Of a DNA stretch of 64,000 bases, positions 10,581 through 21,965 are shown one piece after another. The stretch is taken from the IMG/VR virus record IMGVR_UViG_3300042904_000308, positions 51,173 to 115,172 of that record. One strand, written 5' to 3'. The position numbers were made by a program, and so were the translations under genes. Position 1 is the stretch's first letter. Each line of letters starts with the position of its first letter. The notes beneath the pieces are model-generated. The model saw nothing but the letters and a program-made list of their open reading frames with translations. It did no database searches and was not told the DNA's origin. The DNA comes from a virus.

Positions 10581-11138
10581 TCAGAACGGCACAGGCTCCT
10601 TGCTCTTTGCCGCAGCCGCTGACTTCGAGGTCGCCGCCCGTCGCTCGTTGGCGATGACGACCTCCTCGTAGGACGCATAGCTCTCGACGTCACCGAACCC
10701 AGCCGCGCCGAGGGCACGACCGATGGCGCTCGTCTCGCAGTCCTCGCGAGGGCTGGTGTTCTTCGCCGCCTTGCCCGACGACTCCCGCAGGTTCTGGCTC
10801 TGGCCGTAGTAGGTACCGTAGAGCCCCTTGCCCAGCTCCGCGATGATGGACGGCTTCACCGAGTCGGGGATGTCCGCACTGATCGACGCATCGTTGATCG
10901 CTCGAAACACCCGCTCATTGAGCACCGTCACCCGCGCCTGGATGATGATGTACTTCTCATCGTCGGGATCGAGCTCCTTCGTCTCCACGCCGACCAGCTG
11001 TCCAATGCCGTGCGCGAGGTAGAGCCGACCGTTGACCGTGATGTAATCGTTTCCGCTCAGGACTTTGATGTAGCCCTTCGATTTCAAGTCCTTCTTATCA
11101 ATGTTGTGTGCTGGCAACTCTTCCTCCTGTCGTGCCAC
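10581..11138 (-). CDS. ssDNA-annealing recombinase (Rad52/Sak-like)
   Basis: YITVNGRL...EDCETSAIGRALGAAGFG motif. Confidence 0.65.
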   Translation of the reverse strand: MARQEEELPAHNIDKKDLKSKGYIKVLSGNDYITVNGRLYLAHGIGQLVGVETKELDPDDEKYIIIQARVTVLNERVFRAINDASISADIPDSVKPSIIAELGKGLYGTYYGQSQNLRESSGKAAKNTSPREDCETSAIGRALGAAGFGDVESYASYEEVVIANERRAATSKSAAAAKSKEPVPF

Positions 11139-11346
11139 TAATCCAGTGTTATCTTAAGCTAAATGTCTAGGGGCTCCGCCCCCTCGTTTTCAGATACCGT
11201 ACGTTAGGCCGCTCGGTAAAGTGTGAGGCCCAGGCTTGAGAAGGGTGCTGTGTTCCTGTGTGCCTTCATCAATGCGCTCTGTACCATGTTTCCGATCAGT
11301 TGCCGTATGTTCTACCCCCGCCTTCCTGACAATAAATACAGTCCTC

Positions 11347-11382
11347 CACTATTAATATCGTCACAGGCCGCTCGAAACTTTC
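11347..11382 (-). promoter_or_regulatory. phage-specific promoter-like motif, copy 2, heading the replication operon
   Basis: Identical 19-bp core and the same AAGTTT spacing as copy 1. Confidence 0.7.
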
Positions 11383-11514
11383 ACTTTCCGCAGGCAATCC
11401 TGAAAATTGGTCCGATCTGCTGGTGTGCGTTTTGTTAAAGTCCGTCGGTGGGCCTCCCTGCTTGGGTCAGATCGCGTCAGCGGGAGGGGCAATCTGCTCA
11501 CGGCGCGTGACCAG

Positions 11515-11549
11515 AAAAAGAAAAACGCCCCGACGTCGTTGTCGAGGCG
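11515..11549 (-). terminator. intrinsic terminator
   Basis: CGCCTCGAC/GTCGGGGCG hairpin followed by a T-rich tract on the minus strand. Confidence 0.6.
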
Positions 11550-11993
11550 AATTTCACCAATTGATTCCGTTGCGCGGTGTATTTCTGCTATCGTCGCAGC
11601 AATTATTAAATGGCCGCGAAGAACGGGGTGATCTGTGGCGTTTCCCGATGCTCAATCAGCGGGAGCGGGGGCATGACCTGCATGCCATGTAGCCGCACGG
11701 TGAACCGATCACAGTCGTGGACCTCCACCACACTCATGACCACGACCTCGTTGAGCTCGTTGAATCGCTTGAATGCCTCATAGACTTTCAACGACAGCTC
11801 GCCTGTGCTGTCCTTGCCCGTAACTTCGATGACCTGGGTATCCTCCAGCTCCATCAAGTAGGGGTAATGCAGCTCGCCTTTTAATATCGCCGTCCTCTTG
11901 GGGTTGCGAATCAAACGGGTAAGGGATTGTTCGATTGTTTCGCAGGTATGCACTGGTTGTTTACCTTTTCACAGCCAAAAGCGGATAAGATGG

Positions 11994-12617
11994 TTAGAGT
12001 TTTCGAGGATCGAGTTGAAATGCGCTACCTTCCTTCTTCAGTCGGCGCTTGAGCCTGTGCGCTTGCAGGTGCAGCGACTTGGTATCTTCTCCTGATACCT
12101 TGCGCCGTTGCCACTCCGTCATCAGACAGATCGCCTTGCGCTCTGTCTTGCTCGCACTGTCCCAAATCTCCTGAAGACGCTCCGATGGCGTGCATTCAAT
12201 CGCCTCGATTTCATCGTCGTGGGCGTCGTCGTGAATCTCCTGGGTGCGGTACTCGAAGATGCCGCAGTCCGAGACTCCCGACTTGCACATTGGCATCGCT
12301 ACATACGCCAGCCGCGTCGTACGCTCCGCCTTGCCCGACGATTTGCTTCTCCCTTGCACCTGTCGAATCTTGTCGACCTGTGCATTCCTCAGGTGCCACT
12401 GCGCGACCTCGACGTTGCTGTTCACGGTCTGAATGACGTTGGAGTCATCCACCTGAACCGTCGAGCGCGTGCCGTGGGCCTTCAGGAAGCGATACATCGC
12501 GTCCTGACGCACATCACGATCCCGCAACGATGCGGAATCAACCTCCTCGATAGGCGCTCCCTCCGCGTGATAGACAAGAAACTCTCCCAGGGTGACACTC
12601 GACCAACCGTCTGACAC
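11994..12617 (-). CDS. putative phage sigma-factor-like/transcription regulator
   Basis: 207 aa. The C-terminus (LQEIWDSASKTERKAICL...HRLKRRLKK) resembles sigma region 4. It lies just upstream of the replication operon. Confidence 0.35.
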   Translation of the reverse strand: MSDGWSSVTLGEFLVYHAEGAPIEEVDSASLRDRDVRQDAMYRFLKAHGTRSTVQVDDSNVIQTVNSNVEVAQWHLRNAQVDKIRQVQGRSKSSGKAERTTRLAYVAMPMCKSGVSDCGIFEYRTQEIHDDAHDDEIEAIECTPSERLQEIWDSASKTERKAICLMTEWQRRKVSGEDTKSLHLQAHRLKRRLKKEGSAFQLDPRKL

Positions 12618-12857
12618 TTATCTTCTCCGCGTGGTGAACAATTAGATCGACACTTATTCATCCGTCTCGGTTATCGAGAACCCCTCCGCTTCCAGTTCCG
12701 TCTCTCGGAACACGTATGCCCTTCCTCCGCCTACTGGCACGACCGTCACACCCTTACCCCTGCGACGTCGCGCCGTGATGAATGGTGGGTGGATGGCTGC
12801 AACGATCCACTCCGTACCATCATTTCGGGTGAGTCGATCACCCTTGTTAACGCTCTG

Positions 12858-13028
12858 CATCTAAACTCGACCTTTCGAAGGTGCGATACCACCGCAGCGG
12901 TCAAATTCAGAAGCGCTACGCGCTCCTAACCCTGGCGCTTCGGCGCTCTCTGAGCTGATAGCTCTTGTGTGGTTTAGATGCTCACGTGTCGCTCTTGCGA
13001 TCAAGTGATGACGTGAGCATAGACCACA
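12858..13028 (-). ncRNA. putative structured leader RNA
   Basis: Multiple inverted repeats in a 170-nt intergenic region (see findings). Confidence 0.4.
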
Positions 13029-13846
13029 GGTTATTAACGTGTCAAGAGCAATTGTTCACTGCGAGACTCCTGACACACATTTGACACACCCGTCAGTGAG
13101 ATACGTGAAACTGGTAGGCTCCATAATCCCGTATCGAGATAGGCCTGCGCCTCGATCACGCTCTCGGATGCGAGCGTTACGGTGGCCGAAAAGAACCATG
13201 TCTTGATGCGATCCTCATACCACGACACCCCCAGTTCACCAACAACCGCTGGCACGATTCCTGCGACATCAAACCGTTCCACTACTGCGCGAGGGATGCG
13301 TATCGGTACCACCTTGGCTCTGCGTTCAACGCCACCAGTGGCAATCCACTCCTCCGTCGAGAGGAGAAAGGCTGCGTCATCAGCTGACACAGCCTCCACA
13401 ACACCACTCACGAGCGCCACGTAGTTAGCCATCAACACGCTCGTCACTTGCTAACGTGAAGTGAACGTACTGCGTGTGCATGAGGCCCAGCAGCTGGGAC
13501 ACGTGAGCGCTCTCAACTGGCGCGTCGTCGAGTGTTTCCAGCATGTGTTCCGAGAGCCCTCGCTGGATCAGTCCCTCCAGTGCGACATCAGCACGCACGA
13601 GCGCCTGAATCTCCGTCGGAGATGGAAGCTCATCACCGTGCAACGCCACCATCGCGGGACCATCGTCGTCCGTGCCGACCGACAGCCCCCAGTCGTTGGG
13701 GCTCTGCACCATGACCTCGGTGTACTTGCTGGAGCAGATCACCCACCCCTCGTCGGGGTTAAGCTCGCTCAGCGGCGTTGCGCTGGTCTTGAGCGGGTAG
13801 CCGAGCTCGGATGCGAGCACGTCTGCCGCTCGAATGTGGTCGAACA

Positions 13847-14266
13847 TTACGCTGCCCTTTCACTGAACGCCCCCAGCACCTGGGCCTCTCCCATGTGCTT
13901 GCAGGGCACGTTTCGATAGGTAAACTGTGGACACGTACATGATACGGCACGCCCCTGCGAGACATCGAGCTGGACCGTGTAGCTCTTGCCAATCTCGCTG
14001 TAGCTGCCAATCTCGACCTCCCGCAGCGGTGAAACCCTGCCGTAGAACGTTCGGGCTCCCTCGATGGTGTCGGCGGGAATCTCAATCGGGTCGCAGTAGC
14101 CTTTCCCGTCGAGGATCGCGTCCTCCATCAGCGTGTAGAGGTACGCTCGCTCCTCGTGGGTGAACTCGCTGATCCGTGCCAGCAGCGTCTCTGGCGTGAC
14201 CTCGACCGAATACACTTCGCGAATACAGAGCTCAGCTACCATGTTCGTCCTCCTCCATGTCATCAA
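13847..14266 (-). CDS. SWIM zinc-finger protein
   Basis: CTCPQFTYRNVPCKH. Confidence 0.75.
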   Translation of the reverse strand: MMTWRRTNMVAELCIREVYSVEVTPETLLARISEFTHEERAYLYTLMEDAILDGKGYCDPIEIPADTIEGARTFYGRVSPLREVEIGSYSEIGKSYTVQLDVSQGRAVSCTCPQFTYRNVPCKHMGEAQVLGAFSERAA

Positions 14267-16564
14267 GTACCTGCTGCCAGAACGCCTGCCAGTCCGTCAC
14301 TGCCACGAATCCGTCGTCTGTTACCTCCATCATTACGTCCTTGCAAAATACAGCGCTCGCTCAAGTGCCGACGAGTGTTCGAAGTGCGCCGACAGGTCGA
14401 TCACCTGCAGCGGCGAGTGCCCGAGGTCGTGCTCGTCGACGAACTCCCGCACCATCTCGATCAGCTCGTCGCTCGCTCGGTCCTGCTCCAGCTCGCCCAG
14501 TGCCCTCACCCACTGCGGGTACGGCGCGGAGTGCTCGTCCAGGCTGGCCTCGCTGAACTCGTCAGCCGCAAGCTCGTCCTCGAACCAGACGCTGACCTCG
14601 CTGTCGTCGCTGAAGCCGCGCCACTCGATCTGGTTCAGGATGTGGTCCCGCTCCCACTCAGCCGCCCGTTCAAGCATGCGCTTCCACTCGCCGTAGGTGC
14701 GCGTACACCAGACCTTGTTCGCCTCGTACTCCTCGGCGTAGTCGATCATGCGGTCCAGCACGTCGCCAATGGCTGCTGCGGGGTTGCGCCACTCGAACTC
14801 GATGGGCCACGAGACGTCGTTGATAGTGAAGAAGAGCAGCCTGTCCTCCCCCTCACCCGTGAGGCTCAGGGTCAGGTTCGTGGGGAAGTGGGCGCACTGA
14901 AAGACGCCCGTCGTAGACCCGCCACCCCGAACCAGGGCCAGCGCACTCCTCAGGCGTGCGGCATCCTCGTAGTCAAGGAAGACGCACTCCCCCTCCCCCT
15001 GGGCCTCAATGAGCAGCCGAATGTAGTCGTGGGTCTGGTAGATCGTCAGGAGGTTGCCATCCTCGTTCATGATGTCCCAGCCCGATTGTTCCTCCTGCTC
15101 CATGTTCAGGTAGTAGCTCACTTGGCCTCCTCCTCCGCGATCAACCGCTGGACTTCCTCCTGTACCCACTCCCTGACGTCTCCGTAGACCGCGAGGAAGG
15201 GTGTGAGGATTTCAGGCAACGTCGCCATCATCACTTCGGCTACGGCCAGCTGCTTCTCGTAGAAGCTAGGACCGCTGACGAGCCCGTACATGCCTGAGTG
15301 ACCGCGTATCGTCGAGGCTTCGAGGTTGGTGTAGTCAACGGTGTTCCGCAGCCGCTTCAGTGACACCTTCGCGTTATGGAACACCGTTCGCACCATCTGT
15401 CGCACGATGTCACGCGCCTCCTCACAGGCGTCGTCGAGCTCGGTCGCGTTGACCAGCGCTGTCGCCTGTTCGTGCAGGTAATCTTCGTAGGTATCATTGA
15501 TGATCGAGTACGCGCTCTGCGTTCCCTCACGCTGACGATCATCGACGCGGGTCAGCGTGAAGTAGCACAGCTCATCAATGTGTGGCTCAACGATGCCGAT
15601 GACGGTGTATGCCACACCGTTGATTGTCTCAGGCTCCGTGAACCTGAACTGCACCGAGGCTCTGCCTGTCAACCGCATAATGGCCTGGTTCGAGCTGTTG
15701 GGGAGCGGGATCGTCCGCTGCCAGTGGCTCATCATCGGAAGCAAAGAGCTATAGATCATGGTCCCTCCTCTGAAAAAACGAAAACCCCTCAGTCAGAAAA
15801 CGCGAGGGGCAAAATGCCGATTTATTTTTCGAGGCACTTTTGCTAAGTGCGCCAGAACAGCTGGTGCCGCACAACCCGCCCGTCGAGCGTCACCACTGGC
15901 TCAGCAGGCTGGTAGGTAATGGAGTCGTCAAACTCCACAGTAACGGCTATTGGCTCTCCGACGACGAGGACGTTCCCCTCCAGATCGACCACGTCGGTTC
16001 GAATCTCAACCCTCGCTCGTATTGGTATTGGCTCAGTCATTACAGGTTGCCCTCCTGGGATTTTCTGACTCCCTCCAGTGTGTGTCTGACGATCTGCCTC
16101 AGCCAGGGCACGTCCTCAGGCAGGACGGGAATGCTGCCGTAATGGATGCGCACGATGCGCGGCTGAACCACGAGCACTGTCAGGTACGTATAAACCTCGT
16201 CTTCGTCGTCGGCCTCCCACACGAGGTCATCGAGCGTGCTGTACGATCCGTGTACCCCCGACGTGGAGCAGAACAGCCAGTTCAGGGTGTAGTCGGTGCC
16301 ATCCACGAAGATTCTTCGTAGATGGTCGATGTCAGGAATGTGTGCTACGTGACTGCTTGTTGTTCGTATCGGTGTTGGGTCAGTCATCGTAGTACCAATG
16401 GACATCCAAAACCTCCTGAAGACTGTCGTTGATAAACGTCACGCCGTCGACATCCGCCCCCTGTGCTCGCAGATCGTCGAGAAACTCCTCCAGCTGCTCC
16501 TCACTCTCGACCTCGAAACTGACGTCGCACGTCACGCGCAGATCGAGCTCGGCTCGTACCTTCC

Positions 16565-17014
16565 TCATGCCGCTTCCCGCTCCTCTCTGGCAATCTCCAT
16601 CAGCGACTTCGTGATCTGCTCGATGGCGTTCGTGTAGCGATTGATGCGCTTGCGGGTGTACCCCGCTCGATTCATGGGGTGCAGGTGGTCCCACAGATCG
16701 TAGAGCTTGACGGTCATCGCCAGCGCGTCACCACTCTGGCAGATACGCTCGATGTACGCCTCGTAGCTCTCCAGCTGAGGGTCAACGCGGGTGAGCAGGC
16801 GGATCGCGGTGAACTGAGTCAATGTGAGGCCCAGCCTCGGGGAGCCGAGCGAGGCCCAGGTCGCCAGCCCGTCCTCGATCAGATCGTGGAGCAGGGCGAC
16901 AATGTACTCGTCGCGGGTCTGCGCCATATCCGCCACCCGCCAGGGGTGCCTGTCCTTGGAGCGGTTGTGAAGAAACGTCTCCACCGTCAGCACATTGTCG
17001 AACGATCTGCACAT
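16565..17014 (-). CDS. HD-domain phosphohydrolase, RelA/SpoT hydrolase (small alarmone hydrolase)-like
   Basis: HP.RVA, ALLHDLIED, LLTR, YIERI and VKLYD motifs. Confidence 0.75.
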   Translation of the reverse strand: MCRSFDNVLTVETFLHNRSKDRHPWRVADMAQTRDEYIVALLHDLIEDGLATWASLGSPRLGLTLTQFTAIRLLTRVDPQLESYEAYIERICQSGDALAMTVKLYDLWDHLHPMNRAGYTRKRINRYTNAIEQITKSLMEIAREEREAA

Positions 17015-17015
17015 G

Positions 17016-17699
17016 CTAGTCTCCGATCTGCGGCGAGAGGTTGACGTTCCGCCCCGCCTCGTAGCCCCGCCCGAAGGCCTGCTGGTTATGGCTGTAGGCT
17101 CGTGTGGCCTTGCGTGTGCGCGGGTACAGCTGCTTGAAGGCCATCGCCACTTCGTTGTCCTTGACGACCACCAGCGCTGAGCCGTGCTCGACGTTCTCAG
17201 CCTCGGCCTTCTGCGCGTCCTTCATCGCGTCGATCACCCCCTCGACCGCGCCGAGGAAGAAGTTGTTCTTCCAGGTCTTGGTGTGAACCTGCGGCGGCTT
17301 GTCGGCCAGCGAGTCGTTCGCCAGTCGCGTGAACGCCTCGTCCAGATACAGGTACAGGTGCTTGATGACGATGAAGCTATGCGGCTCGGCCACCACCCGC
17401 ACGACACCGTTGCCCATCGTGATTGCGCGACCGAAGTTGAACTTGGCGATCTGCCCGATCAAGGCCTGCTGCCAGGTGCTCTTCGCGTCGGTCGTGACCT
17501 CGTGGCTGTCGTAGTCGCTCTTGCGCTGCTGCCCGTGCAGGCGCTGCGTGACCTCGTCCATCGTCAGGCTGTGGCGCGTCAACAGCCGTGTGAGGCCTGC
17601 CGCCGCCGCCTGGGCCTCCCCCAGGCTCTCTGTGCGGTCGGCCAGCGTCATCAGGTTCTCGATCTTGTTTAGCAGCTGGTTCCAGTTCACGTCACTCAT
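17016..17699 (-). CDS. DUF2786-domain protein
   Basis: KIENLMTLA...EAQAA...LLTRHSL N-terminus, FFLGAVEG, and GYEAGRNVNL C-terminus. Confidence 0.7.
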   Translation of the reverse strand: MSDVNWNQLLNKIENLMTLADRTESLGEAQAAAAGLTRLLTRHSLTMDEVTQRLHGQQRKSDYDSHEVTTDAKSTWQQALIGQIAKFNFGRAITMGNGVVRVVAEPHSFIVIKHLYLYLDEAFTRLANDSLADKPPQVHTKTWKNNFFLGAVEGVIDAMKDAQKAEAENVEHGSALVVVKDNEVAMAFKQLYPRTRKATRAYSHNQQAFGRGYEAGRNVNLSPQIGD

Positions 17700-18437
17700 G
17701 ATTGATCCTTTCGCAAGTCGATCATCTGCCAGCGGTCCATCACAGGGGTGCGCAGATCAAGCAGCGCGTGCGTGGTCGGACAGTCCTTGTCGAATACCAC
17801 GTCGAACATTCCGAGAAACCGCCACACGCCAAAATCTCTAGGGTGGAAGTACCGTATCCCGTCCTCTCTGGCTCGCATATCGTCGAAGGACCGATGGTAG
17901 TCGTTCAAGGTGAGTAAGGGACGAGGCACAGGTCCGTACGTTTCCCACACGTCGTCCAGCACGTCGTGCATCAGCCTGGCGAGATTCCCTCTCGTCTTGA
18001 CCCGAATGACCTCTGCCATCACCGTCGTCGGTGGTGGGATGTCCTTCAAATCCATTATCACGACAGGCATCGTTTTCTGAGCATACGTCTCGAAGTAGTC
18101 CGAGGGATAGTCTTCGATCACCCTGCACCCCCGAAGAACCCGACGAACCGCTGCCACAGTGAGGCCTGCTCCAATCGTGCCGCCAGCACCTGGACCTCCT
18201 CTCGCTGCTGGTGTCGCTGCTTGTTCAGCTCTGGCAACACGACCGCATACACATTGCGGCAGTACCGTGTCGCTTCATGTGGACGCTCTTGGACGATGAC
18301 CTCCAGCGCGTTCTGAATGGCCGCGAGCGCGTCGTCAATCGCCTGTTCGCTGTCCGCGTACCTGTACTGCACGAGCGCGGTTCGGAGCGCGTCATGCTTC
18401 ACAATGTCGTTGACCTCGATTCCCATTCTTCCCCTCA

Positions 18438-18674
18438 CTACACTAATACACTGACGTAGTCGAACTTGGGCAGACGCTTTCGGAACGCTGCCGCCCTGCC
18501 CCCGATCTTGACCGTGTAGCCGCTGCGCATCGCCGTGAAGTGCGGTGTGCAGACGGTCGCCTGGGCAATCTCGGGGCTTCGCGTCGAGGCGTACTCAACC
18601 TCGACCAGATATCGCCGCTGGTTCATGCAGCGGGTGCCTGCCTTGGTCTGGCAGTCGCATGCTGATGCGTCCAT
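18438..18674 (-). CDS. small Cys-containing hypothetical protein
   Basis: Start reassigned to ATG 18674 with a GAGGAG RBS. The upstream part of the tracked ORF is structured RNA. Confidence 0.6.
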   Translation of the reverse strand: MDASACDCQTKAGTRCMNQRRYLVEVEYASTRSPEIAQATVCTPHFTAMRSGYTVKIGGRAAAFRKRLPKFDYVSVLV

Positions 18675-18699
18675 GTCTCTCCTCATATAGGAACTAAGG

Positions 18700-18900
18700 C
18701 TCTCCCTTCTGGCGTCCTGGCCGCGTATCACGCTCGTCAGCGTGGCGGCTGGGGGCACCCCTGACCCTGCGGGTGCGGTCTGCCTTGCCGCACCTTTCGC
18801 CTGCAGGTTGCCGCTGGGCGCACCATACGATCTGCAGAGGTCCGCTCTTCTCGAACCCGTCACAGCACTCCGTGCCTGATCAGGACGCCAGAAGGGAGAG
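18700..18900 (-). ncRNA. putative structured ncRNA closed by a perfect 20-bp stem
   Basis: CTCTCCCTTCTGGCGTCCTG (18700-18719) and CAGGACGCCAGAAGGGAGAG (18881-18900) enclose internal hairpins. It lies downstream of a promoter and a boxA-like motif. Confidence 0.65.
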
Positions 18901-18924
18901 TGTTGGCCCCGTGGTTGGGGCCAG

Positions 18925-18943
18925 TATTCACTTGTCAAAGTTC
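18925..18943 (-). promoter_or_regulatory. boxA-like antitermination motif
   Basis: GAACTTTGACAAGTGAATA just after the promoter, similar to motifs at 36667-36685 and 36871-36888. Confidence 0.5.
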
Positions 18944-18966
18944 AGAATGAAGCTGCGTCTCTCTTC

Positions 18967-18996
18967 ACTATACGCGAAGACGCAACTAGCTGTCAA
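18967..18996 (-). promoter_or_regulatory. sigma70-type early promoter
   Basis: TTGACA-N18-TATAGT. Confidence 0.8.
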
Positions 18997-19000
18997 GGAA

Positions 19001-19159
19001 CTAACGCGAGGCCTGATATTCAAGCTCGTTTTCGTAGTATGAGCGAACGAGTGCCTGGAGCCTGAGAATCTCTCGCTCGTGGTTGTCATTGTCGGAGTCG
19101 TACATTTCCTGCACGGCCTCCCTGCATGCTTCAGCTATAAGTCCGTCAGAGTCTTGCAT
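19001..19159 (-). CDS. 52-aa hypothetical protein (not in ORF track)
   Basis: MQDSDGLIAEACREAVQEM...YQASR*, with a GGAGG RBS. Confidence 0.55.
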   Translation of the reverse strand: MQDSDGLIAEACREAVQEMYDSDNDNHEREILRLQALVRSYYENELEYQASR

Positions 19160-20252
19160 GGTCCTCCCTCATTTTTACGTCGTTCCGTTCGGTCAATTCA
19201 GCGAACAGCCGCTCGACGTCCTGCCCGTACAGTGTAATGAAGATCGGGGCTCCTCCACTCCTCCGTCCTATCGTCAGGGTGCCATCCTCGTCGATGTCCC
19301 AGCGAGGCCCAGCGTCGAGGGGATGCTCGTCGAGCTTCGCCAGCACGCGGTCCTGCCTCGCAAACTGCCGCCGAATTCGCGCCTCCTCTCGCGGGTCGGT
19401 GACGCCTCGTCGCCTGATGAAGTCATCAGCGCTGCTCATGAGCAGCCTCCCTCGATACGATGTACCGCTCAAGCCTGCGTAGCTCGGTGCCGAAGTCGTG
19501 CATGAATGCCTCCTGCCCGACCGCCTCACGATGCTCGTACAGGCTGCTGGTCAGCGAGGAGAGCACAAGGTTCCACATCGTCACGAACTGCTCCCGAGCT
19601 ACGAGAACGTGGGTTTCCTGAATCTCGTCGATCAGCCATTCGGCCTCCATCCAGGCGCTCGATCCGAGACATGCGCCATCTATCCGTGCTTGCACCCGCT
19701 CGATCATTGCACGTCGTTCGTCAGCCATTACGCTTCCTCCAGTCGTACGCCGCGTTCTCCTCAGCGGCCTCGATTTCCTCCGCCGTCAGCGGCAGCACCG
19801 AAGCCTTGGCGACCTGCAGCGCGTCCCACCGTTCGCCATCATCGGCAAAGTTCAGCGGGTTCGGCGGACAGCGTAGATCGACCATCGTGTCGTCGCTGTC
19901 GTTCTCATCAAGCTCCCCACCGAAGAAAGTCACGAGCCGCCGAGCCAGAGCGATGTTGTCGGCGCAGGACTTCATACTGAAGCCTGGTCCTACCCACTCA
20001 GACGCCCCTAGCTGCCAGTGGAAGTAGAACATCCGCTGGTACCCGTTCAGCGGAGACTCGAAAAAGACCGTCAGCATATCCCCGTCACTGTTTGGCACGA
20101 TCTTCACGACGTCACATTCCGCATGCACCGAGGGTATGTGTGGCCTGACCTCCTTCTCGTTGCCGAGGCAGAAGGCCGTCACGTCGAAAATATCTCGCGC
20201 CTTCGCGCTGGAAGGGAAAATGACCTTCAGATTGACTCCCATATTGTCCCTC

Positions 20253-20555
20253 CTAGTAGTCCGACGGAAGCAGGATCGTGAACACGTCGTCCTCGATCAC
20301 CCACACGTCCTGCCCGTTCATCTGCGTGCTGAACTGGTAGTCGTCGGGACTGGCGCTCCGCTTCCAGACGACGAACTCGTTCCAAATCTCGATCAGTGCC
20401 GCCTGGCTGAACTCCTCCCACACCGCTCGGGTAGCGAGGATCGGTCGACCGCCGCTCAGCTGCTCCCAGCGGTGCCGAGCGAACTCGGCCAGCACGCCGT
20501 CCTCGACGCCCTGCTCCCAGGTGTAGACCGAAATGACTGCTGCGTTCTCGAACAT
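20253..20555 (-). CDS. DUF6573-like protein
   Basis: ISVYTWEQGVEDGVL N-terminus and TILLPSDY C-terminus. Confidence 0.55.
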   Translation of the reverse strand: MFENAAVISVYTWEQGVEDGVLAEFARHRWEQLSGGRPILATRAVWEEFSQAALIEIWNEFVVWKRSASPDDYQFSTQMNGQDVWVIEDDVFTILLPSDY

Positions 20556-21663
20556 TTAGCTCCCTCCTCCGAAACGAATGATCCTGCCCCCACCCTGAGC
20601 CTCCAGCACGACCTCTCTCCAGTCGGGGGGAAGCAGCCCCTGCATCGCCGCTCGATTCGCGGCCTCGTGAAGATATGGGTTCGGGTCATCCATCGCCGCA
20701 AAGAAGATGCCCGACGAATCGTCGCCACCCTCCTCCGAGTGCTGGGCGATGACCGTTGGCCCCCCGAAGAGGGCCGTGAGTGGTGCGCCTGTCTGAGGGC
20801 AGAAGTAGAGGTCGGCGTTGTGGCCGTCGATCCCGAACGAGCCGAGCCATTGGCAGTTCGGGCACCCCATGTCTCCGTAGATCGGCTGTCCGTTCGTCTC
20901 CACTACTCCTCTCCCTTCTTCAAGCGTCGAATACGCAGCGTCGAGCTACCCCAGTGTGTCAGGCTCATCTTGTACCAGCCTCCTCCGATACTCCGAACCT
21001 CGATGAAGCGTTGACGATTACGTGGGTAGTCCTCGACCTCGACGGCGTACTGCCGACCAGCATCCTTCGCGTTCGAGGCCATGCAGGGCCAGCCCTCGAC
21101 CTCGTAGCGGACCTTCGGCCCAGGCTGACTCGGCTTTCGTCGAACAATCTTGGTGCCGTAGAAGATGTCGTTCAGTCTGTCTTCAAGCAATTGCAGTCTC
21201 ATTAGTTACCTCCTGTTCTGACGACGCAGTCGTACAGACTTCCAAAGAACCGCTCCGCCTGAATGCGTGCCCTCCACTTCTTGCCGCTGTACTCGGACTC
21301 CTCGAATGCCCTCGTCTGGTAGTAGTAGCCGTTGTCATCCCTGAACGTTCCGACGAAGCCCAGCTTCTGGTCCTTGTCGTTCCACAAGGGAAGCTCGTAG
21401 AGAAACCCGCGCTCACTCAGAACGTCGAACATGACTGCCTCTGCTTCTCGACCTCGCGGCGATTGCGAACGTTTCGTTGAATGGCCTCAGCGTGGGCCTG
21501 CTGGCGTTGCACCGCTTCCTCCAACCGCTGGGCCTCATGAAGTCCGCACGAATCCCGTACCCCTATAATAATGCCCTCAGCCAAGCCCCAAGAATAGGCG
21601 TCGTCAGCCTGACGCAACCTGCCGACTCTCACAGCTAAGGCGATAATCGTGTCGTCGTTGAGG

Positions 21664-21965
21664 CTATCTCGCCGCATTGTCGTCCTCCCCCAGCTCATTG
21701 AGCAGAGCCGCCATATGCTTGCAGCGACCGTGGAACGTGAAGCCTCGGCAGTCGCACCCGCTGGGCCACACGTTATGCACGATCCCAGGCTGCGACACCG
21801 ACGTCGCGAAGAACTCCTGCTGGCTGAAGCTCTTGAAGATACGCACCCCCTCCTCCCTCGCCCGTCCAAGCAGGCGCTTGAAATCGCCGTACGACATGTC
21901 CATTCCGACGGGTTCATGCACCCGAATTTCGCCGCTCTTGGTCACGTACTGCACTACTGGAAGCA
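21664..21965 (-). CDS. SWIM zinc-finger protein
   Basis: GCDCRGFTFHGRCKH. Start position is approximate. Confidence 0.65.

Larger units (their letters stand above)
11606..16566 (-). other. hypothetical CDSs (11606-11953, 12654-12860, 13034-13447, 13425-13847, 14333-~15122, 15118-15759, 15843-16040, 16040-16405, 16380-~16566)
   Basis: Co-directional packed ORFs with RBSs. Confidence 0.5.

Noticed and set aside
18845-18865. tRNA suggested by GGGTTCGAG (and GGTTCGAATC at ~15997)
   Set aside because: No cloverleaf or acceptor stem can be built; the second site lies inside a CDS.
18700-18900. Retron msr/msd or DGR template
   Set aside because: No reverse transcriptase gene and no TR/VR pair in the window.
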